NCBI GenBank assembly: GCA_965223905.1
Contig: CBDCXV010000001.1
Coordinates: forward strand, 1,568,001-1,632,000
DNA: 64,000 nt
From: Candidatus Latescibacterota bacterium
GTDB lineage: Bacteria > Latescibacterota > UBA2968 > UBA8231
Direction: 5' to 3'
Shown here: in pieces, positions 58,767 through 64,000 of the stretch
Layout of the letters: the number at the start of each line of letters is the position of its first letter
How positions within the stretch are numbered: position 1 is the stretch's first letter
The notes under the pieces: model-generated
Told to the model about the DNA's origin: nothing
Seen by the model: the letters and a program-made list of their open reading frames with translations, nothing else
Database searches by the model: none
Made by a program: the position numbers and the translations under genes

Positions 58767-59420
58767 ATGGCAGACCAGAAACCGACCATCGACGTAATGG
58801 AGAGCGCCCCGTTCCTCGTGAAGGGCCTGAAGAAACTGACCGATTCCGAGGGCCGCCCGGTAGAGTTCCCCGAGTTTGCCAAAAAGAAAGGGGTGCTGGC
58901 GCTCTGCCGCTGCGGGCAGTCGGAAGACAAGCCGTTCTGCGACGGCACCCACAGGGATGTCGGCTTTTCCGGAAAGCGCGAACGCAGCGGAGAAGGGGAG
59001 GTGCGCGAGTTCGCAGGGGCGGAGATCACCGTGGTGGACGATGCCGGAAGCTGCTGCCACGCAGGGGAATGCGTCGCCGGCGCCGAAGCCGTCTTCTTCA
59101 GCTGGCAGGGGGACGAGCGGGTTTCCGAGCCCGACAAGGACAGCCGCGAAGCGATCATCGCCGCGGTCCGCAACTGCCCCTCCGGGGCGCTGGCCTACAA
59201 GCTCGAAGGGAAGCTTCACGACATCTACTTCTCCGAGCCCGAGATCCGCGTTTCGAAGGACGGCCCGCTTGAGGTGCGGGGCGGCGTTGGTCTCAACAAC
59301 CCGGACGGCCCCGGACCGAGGAGCGGGGACCACTACGCCCTGTGCCGCTGCGGCGCCTCGAAGAACAAGCCGTTCTGCGACGGCTCCCACTCCGCCGTCG
59401 GCTTCAGCGACGAGCAGTAG
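58767..59420 (+). CDS. CDGSH iron-sulfur protein (two CDGSH domains flanking a Fer4_19-like domain)
   Basis: LCRCGQS.DKPFCDGTH, CCHAGEC...CPSGAL, LCRCGASKNKPFCDGSH. Confidence 0.92.
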   Translation: MADQKPTIDVMESAPFLVKGLKKLTDSEGRPVEFPEFAKKKGVLALCRCGQSEDKPFCDGTHRDVGFSGKRERSGEGEVREFAGAEITVVDDAGSCCHAGECVAGAEAVFFSWQGDERVSEPDKDSREAIIAAVRNCPSGALAYKLEGKLHDIYFSEPEIRVSKDGPLEVRGGVGLNNPDGPGPRSGDHYALCRCGASKNKPFCDGSHSAVGFSDEQ

Positions 59421-59432
59421 GAGGGGGGAGCC

Positions 59433-60329
59433 ATGTCCGTCGACATCTACGAACGCAGCCCGGTCGGCAGCTTCACCAGGGAGCACTTGATCGAGTACAC
59501 CTCCGACTGGGAGGGGGAGCGCTTTGCCGACGGCCGCCCGCGCGTGCCGGACGAAATCATCGAGCGCATGAGGAACGTCACCCTGACCCAGGCCTGGGGC
59601 ACCTGCAACGGCGCCGGCTACGAGTTCCAGTTCGAAGGCGGCTTCATCAACACCCACCCGGGGCAGGTGCTGTGCGGGCGCGCCGTCACGGCGACCTTCA
59701 TGCCGCGGCGCCCCGACTGCCGCCGCGCCCTCGACGAGCAGGGTGAGAAGGGGGGGCACGAGGGGGACCACATCCACTGGACCATCAACATGCTGGTGAC
59801 AGGGGACGTGTACGTCGCCGACGTCTTCGGCAAGATCGACAAGGGGGCGATCATCGGCGACAACCTCGCCGCCTCCATCAAGGCGAAATCGGGGAACGGC
59901 GTCCTCCACGACAACTCGGTGCGCGACATCGAGGGGATCCGCGGCCTCGAGGACTTCCCCTGTTTCGTGCGCGGCTGGCACCCGTCGATCGCGGCGCCGA
60001 CGATCATGCTGACCGGCATGAACTGCCCGACCCGCATCGGCGGCTGCACGGTGATGCCCGGGGACATCGTCCTCGGCAAGGGGGACGCGGTGGTCTTCAT
60101 TCCCCCGCACCTGGCCGAGCAGACCGTCACCACCGCCGAGATCGTGCACCTGCGCGACATCTTCGGCAAGACCCGCCTCGGCGAGGGGAAGTACCTGCCC
60201 GGGGAGATCGACGGGCGCTGGGGGGACCACATCGAGAAGGACTTCTCCGAGTGGCTGGAGGACCACATCGACGAGCTGCCGGTCCCCAAGAGCGCGATCC
60301 AGGAGTACCTGAAGACAAGGACCTGGTGA
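59433..60329 (+). CDS. RraA family (HMG aldolase-like) protein
   Basis: GRAVTA, IIGDNLA, VRD and TVMPGDIVLG motifs. Confidence 0.88.
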   Translation: MSVDIYERSPVGSFTREHLIEYTSDWEGERFADGRPRVPDEIIERMRNVTLTQAWGTCNGAGYEFQFEGGFINTHPGQVLCGRAVTATFMPRRPDCRRALDEQGEKGGHEGDHIHWTINMLVTGDVYVADVFGKIDKGAIIGDNLAASIKAKSGNGVLHDNSVRDIEGIRGLEDFPCFVRGWHPSIAAPTIMLTGMNCPTRIGGCTVMPGDIVLGKGDAVVFIPPHLAEQTVTTAEIVHLRDIFGKTRLGEGKYLPGEIDGRWGDHIEKDFSEWLEDHIDELPVPKSAIQEYLKTRTW

Positions 60330-60398
60330 AGGTACCCAAGGCTGGGTTCCTGTCTAGGCCTTGACGAGGTTGACCACTAAAAAAGAGAAGACAGAGAA

Positions 60399-61529
60399 GT
60401 GATGGAAATTCAAGGTAAGAACCTTTGGCAGCATGCGGCCGGGGATCCAGCTCACAACCACGTGGATCTGTGCCTTGAATGGGGGGTCATTTTGAATGGC
60501 CCAGGTGGGAAGGGTGAATGGAATGACGGCGCTTGTTATGGTCGGGGCAGAAAACAAACCGATCTCCGCCGATTCTGCGAAGAAACGGAGATGAAGACCG
60601 GCGATATCGTCGTTCTTCGTATAGGCACAACGGCAATCTACGGAGTCGGTGTCGTCGGCGAATACAAATGGTGCGACGAATTCAATGATGTTGACGGGTG
60701 GGACCTTGGACACACGCGCCGCGTGCATTGGTTATGGCGATACGATGTCGATGGCATGATCAATGGCATGCCCTCTCCCCAATCTTTCGACACATACACA
60801 ATGAAGCTTGGAGACACGACGCAGCGTCTCGATGCTCCCGCGGTAATATCCTGGCTGGAGTCACTGGATATTCCAGATGATCAGGCTTCGCATTTACTCC
60901 CTGACCTGCCAAAGGCCGCCGAGGGAGAAGGGTGTAATAAAATCAGTAGCGATAAGATAGCAGAGTTCTTGTTCAAAGAAGGCATTCCAAGCGATTCAAT
61001 TCGAAACCTGTTGGATCCGAACGGCGAATTCATTCGAATCGCCAACTGGTACAGGGGACTAAATCCTTCAGAGAACGAAACAGTGAGCCATCTCGTCGTA
61101 CCACTGGTTCGGATCCTCGGTTGGACCCCTCAAAGGATAGCCCTAGAATGGAGCAGAATCGATATCGCGCTCTTCTCAAGAATGCCTCGGAACAACGACC
61201 ATCTCTCCGTGGTCGTCGAAGCCAAGAAGGTTCACAACGCGTGTTTGTCGTGGGCAGTATCCCAGGCTCAAAACTACGCATCGCCACTTCCGAATTGCCG
61301 CCGTCTGGTCGTAACGGACGGCCTTCGTTACGGGATATTCACTAGAACGAGTAAGGACGAGGAATTTTCGCTGTATGCCTATCTGAACCTTACCAGACTT
61401 CGCAACCAGTATCCGGTCTACGGATGCAACGGCGCCAAAGAAGCAATCCTGGCCATGACTCCCGAATGGGAACCTGATTGGCAAACTGATTCGCAACAGG
61501 CTGCCCTGTCGCGGGAAAACGCGGAGTAG
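60399..61529 (+). CDS. Putative restriction-like nuclease: EVE/PUA-like N-terminus plus HsdR_N-type PD-(D/E)XK domain
   Basis: MKTGDIVVL...GVGVV..Y...HTRRVHW; ENET...LGW...RIDIAL...VEAK...QAQNYA...VTDG. Confidence 0.7.
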   Translation: MMEIQGKNLWQHAAGDPAHNHVDLCLEWGVILNGPGGKGEWNDGACYGRGRKQTDLRRFCEETEMKTGDIVVLRIGTTAIYGVGVVGEYKWCDEFNDVDGWDLGHTRRVHWLWRYDVDGMINGMPSPQSFDTYTMKLGDTTQRLDAPAVISWLESLDIPDDQASHLLPDLPKAAEGEGCNKISSDKIAEFLFKEGIPSDSIRNLLDPNGEFIRIANWYRGLNPSENETVSHLVVPLVRILGWTPQRIALEWSRIDIALFSRMPRNNDHLSVVVEAKKVHNACLSWAVSQAQNYASPLPNCRRLVVTDGLRYGIFTRTSKDEEFSLYAYLNLTRLRNQYPVYGCNGAKEAILAMTPEWEPDWQTDSQQAALSRENAE

Positions 61530-61578
61530 GTGCTGGACGGTCGTTTCCCTTACGAACGGGAATAGAAGGAGACATTTC

Positions 61579-61863
61579 ATGGACGAGGACTATCTAAAGG
61601 GGGTCATCGAGGGATTGGGCGGTGCCAAAGCCTTGATGGATGAGATGGACCAGTATCACGAAATCGTCGCTCGCATGAGAAAGGAGCGCCCCAATCTGTT
61701 GGAGCGTCACCCCGACAAATGGGTGGCGATGGGACAGGAGGGGGTCTTGGCCGTAGGAGACTCCATGGATGAGGTGCTCAGCGAGGTTGAAGGCCGTGGG
61801 TTGCATGGAGCGGACGTAGTGATCGAGTTCATGGACACGGACCCTCCCCTGCTGATCCTGTGA
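61579..61863 (+). CDS. DUF5678-like small protein
   Basis: LLERHPDKWVAM...VLAVGDSMDEVL....PPLLIL. Confidence 0.7.
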   Translation: MDEDYLKGVIEGLGGAKALMDEMDQYHEIVARMRKERPNLLERHPDKWVAMGQEGVLAVGDSMDEVLSEVEGRGLHGADVVIEFMDTDPPLLIL

Positions 61864-61957
61864 TCATCGGCGAGTTTGACGATCAGGGGCGACCATACGT
61901 CGAGGGCCGTGTTTTTTATCATCCCGCGCCTGGATTTCAATGAGATCGTACCGTTCC
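61860..61957 (+). pseudogene. Remnant N-terminus of a retropepsin-like aspartyl protease
   Basis: GTGA overlap, VIIGEFDDQGRPYVEGRV / IIPRLDFNEIVPF, truncated before the expected DTG motif. Confidence 0.55.
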
Positions 61958-62025
61958 AACGAGGGACTGCCGTCGCTGCTCGGGCGTGATGTCATCAACC
62001 ACTGGCATATATACAAATCCAGGCT

Positions 62026-62532
62026 ATGTCCATAGAACCAACCGGATCCGAAAAACCTTCGGTCTATATCGAGTCATCCATAGTCGGCTATTTAGCATCG
62101 CGGCCCAGCCGGGATGTAGTCGGAGCGGCTCGCCAAGCGATTTCTCACGATTGGTGGAGCAACCACCGGCATCGATTTGATCTTCGCATTTCTGCACTGG
62201 TCGAAGAAGAAATCTGCCGTGGGGACGACGAGGCGGCTGAACGGCGTCTGGGTTGGGTAGCCGAGATTCCGAGCTTGAGGATCTCGGACCAAGCTACTGA
62301 ACTGGCAGGACAGTTGCTGGCTGAAGGGGTTATTCCCGCAGGGAGTGAAGACGACGCGTTGCACATCGCAATTGCCGCCGCTCAGGGGGCGGATTTTCTC
62401 CTGACCTGGAATTTCCGTCATATCAACAACGCCGAAACGAAATCGGCTATTTTAAGAGTTGTAGAATCGTGTGGATTTGTATGTCCACACATCTGTTCGC
62501 CCGAAGGATTGGGGGGAGTATCAGATGATTGA
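62026..62532 (+). CDS. vapC: PIN-domain (VapC-like) toxin
   Basis: VYIESSIVGYL, EEEI..GD, DALHIAIA and FLLTWNFRHI motifs. Confidence 0.88.
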   Translation: MSIEPTGSEKPSVYIESSIVGYLASRPSRDVVGAARQAISHDWWSNHRHRFDLRISALVEEEICRGDDEAAERRLGWVAEIPSLRISDQATELAGQLLAEGVIPAGSEDDALHIAIAAAQGADFLLTWNFRHINNAETKSAILRVVESCGFVCPHICSPEGLGGVSDD

Positions 62533-62698
62533 AGATCCTGTTGTTGAAGAAATTCGCCGGCACCGTAAAGTCCATGCTGCCGAACATGGAAATGACCTTG
62601 GGCGCATTGTTCAAGCACTCCGCAAGCGCGAACGGGAATCTGATCGTCCGCTGCTGAATCCAGGGCCAAAGAAGCAACCAAGCCCAACCGAGGGCTGA
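62525..62698 (+). CDS. Small putative antitoxin downstream of the PIN toxin
   Basis: MIEDPVVEEIRRHR..HA...DL; overlaps the PIN stop. Confidence 0.7.
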   Translation: MIEDPVVEEIRRHRKVHAAEHGNDLGRIVQALRKRERESDRPLLNPGPKKQPSPTEG

Positions 62699-62954
62699 TA
62701 TTCGACCGGCCCCTGCTCTACCTGATGGGGGACGGTTCCACCTGCTCGAGCTGGCTCATCGCGGCCGGAAGAGCGCCCCGCCGCCGCCGTTGCGAAAATC
62801 CGGGCCGCGTTCGCCGTCGAAAAGGCGGCGCAGCCTGCGATCCGAAGAGCTTCTCGCGCGGCGGACAACATCCGGACCGATACGAGCCGCCACCTGGCGG
62901 CGCGCTTCGCGACTCGACAGCCACTCCTCCCATTTCCAGGAAACCTTGACCGGC

Positions 62955-63548
62955 TCAGTCGAGCTCACGTTCCACCTCGGCCTTCAGGCCGGTCATCTGT
63001 TCGGCGACGTCGAAAGAGGGCAAGGCCGCCAACCGGTCTACCTCGTCCCAATCGACCGGCGTCCGCCCCGCGAGACAGACCGCGAGCAGCTTCCTCGCCG
63101 CATCGCGCGCCTCGCTGTCGCTCGCTGGATAGAACGCCGAAAGCACCCGCTCCACGAGAACCTGCTCCACGGGAATGATCGATATCCTCCCACAGGGTGT
63201 GTCGATCTCACGACACGCCGTGCGCGCTTCGTTTTCCAGCAAACCGAGTAGATCGACATACAGGTCGCCGACCAGCCAGCTTCGGGGGCCGCCCGTCGCC
63301 TTCAACTTGCCCATGAGATCCTGCGCCTGGCGCAGCGGTACCGGTTGCGGATTCAGACGGCAGAAATCGATATCGCCGGACATGTATGCCCCTTCCGTGT
63401 AGAACTCGACGGCGGAGCCGCCGACGACGACGAGTTCCCAGCCGGCTTCCCGGAAAACACCGGTTACGAGCCCGGCGAGCTTCAGGGCTTTCTCGAGCAG
63501 GTCTTCGGTAGCCTGAATATCCTGCAGGGCTGAATCTATCGAGTCCAT
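62955..63548 (-). CDS. Putative nucleotidyltransferase-fold protein
   Basis: VVVGGSAVEFYT.G.Y.SGDIDF pol-beta-like motif. Confidence 0.65.
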   Translation of the reverse strand: MDSIDSALQDIQATEDLLEKALKLAGLVTGVFREAGWELVVVGGSAVEFYTEGAYMSGDIDFCRLNPQPVPLRQAQDLMGKLKATGGPRSWLVGDLYVDLLGLLENEARTACREIDTPCGRISIIPVEQVLVERVLSAFYPASDSEARDAARKLLAVCLAGRTPVDWDEVDRLAALPSFDVAEQMTGLKAEVERELD

Positions 63549-63729
63549 ACTGACAAGGGTACCGGCGGCAGCGGACGCCGGCAACGCGCTTGGAGTACCA
63601 AGGGCTGCCGGTCCCGAAGCGCGCGATCGAGGAGTACCTGAAGACGCGGACCTGATGGAAGAGTGCGGATGAAGATGGAGCGGCTGGCCCATTCCATCGG
63701 CCAGACAGGCTTTGGCGAGAAGGCGGCTC

Positions 63730-64000
63730 TCAAGCTCTGGAACACGGGTCGCCGCCCGCCTCCGCGCGGCCGCCCGCCTCCGCGCGGCCGCCCGCCTCCG
63801 CGCCGGCGTCCACCTCCTCCCAGGCGACCAGCTCCCAGCCGTGAAACACCATGGCCAGGCCGACGTGGCGCACTGACGGGTAGCGGCGCCGCAAGCCCGG
63901 ATCCGCCAGGTAGCCGCGCACCTGCTGCTCCGCCTCCTGCATCTTCGCCGCCACCAATGAGTCGTCGAGGGACTCGCCCCGCTTCAGATACTTGAGTTCC
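63730..64000 (-). CDS. C-terminal end of an AAA-ATPase/PD-(D/E)XK nuclease (partial)
   Basis: ELKYLKR...AEQQVRGY..D...LAMVFHGWEL; runs off the window edge. Confidence 0.7.
   Translation of the reverse strand, partial: ELKYLKRGESLDDSLVAAKMQEAEQQVRGYLADPGLRRRYPSVRHVGLAMVFHGWELVAWEEVDAGAEAGGRAEAGGRAEAGGDPCSRA
63751..63803. repeat. 18-bp tandem repeat, about 3 copies
   Basis: GCCGCCCGCCTCCGCGCG repeated; encodes AEAGGR on the minus strand. Confidence 0.8.

Larger units (their letters stand above)
60275..63654 (+). repeat. Duplicated RraA 3' end (60275-60325 and 63604-63654) bracketing a 3.3-kb islet
   Basis: 46/51 nt identical; the copies encode LPVPKSAIQEYLKTRTW* and LPVPKRAIEEYLKTRT*. Confidence 0.9.

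Noticed and set aside
62708-62724. 17-bp match to the brxC 3' end (GGCCCCTGCTCTACCTG)
   Set aside because: Isolated, 42 kb away and not extendable; chance cannot be excluded.

Overview
High-GC bacterial window with no rRNA, tRNA, CRISPR array or integrase that I could see. Positions 3.3-25.7 kb hold a complete minus-strand type 1-like BREX system (brxA-like, brxB, brxC, pglX, pglZ, brxL). It is split by about 9 kb of co-oriented cargo: two ABC/AAA ATPase-TOPRIM-like modules, AlbA_2/HATPase_c_4 paralogs, KTSC, a YgiT zinc finger and an AAA-PD-(D/E)XK protein. The rest is carbohydrate and sugar-acid metabolism (uxuA, gnd, beta-propeller hydrolases), six PhyH-family dioxygenases, amtB, and a decaying sigma54-driven YWTD/CARDB surface-protein gene interrupted by an ISL3 element. 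Small low-GC defence or toxin-antitoxin cassettes are scattered through this part. The most striking pattern is that at 4-5 independent sites, cargo sits directly behind a host gene and is followed by a diverged second copy of that gene's 3' end, which suggests cassette gain without an integrase. A low-GC operon encoding a GHKL kinase, a STAS-like (DUF4325) protein and a membrane protein is the best candidate for an uncharacterised system. The gene content resembles marine sponge symbionts (inference only). Family assignments come from motif recognition by eye, not database searches.
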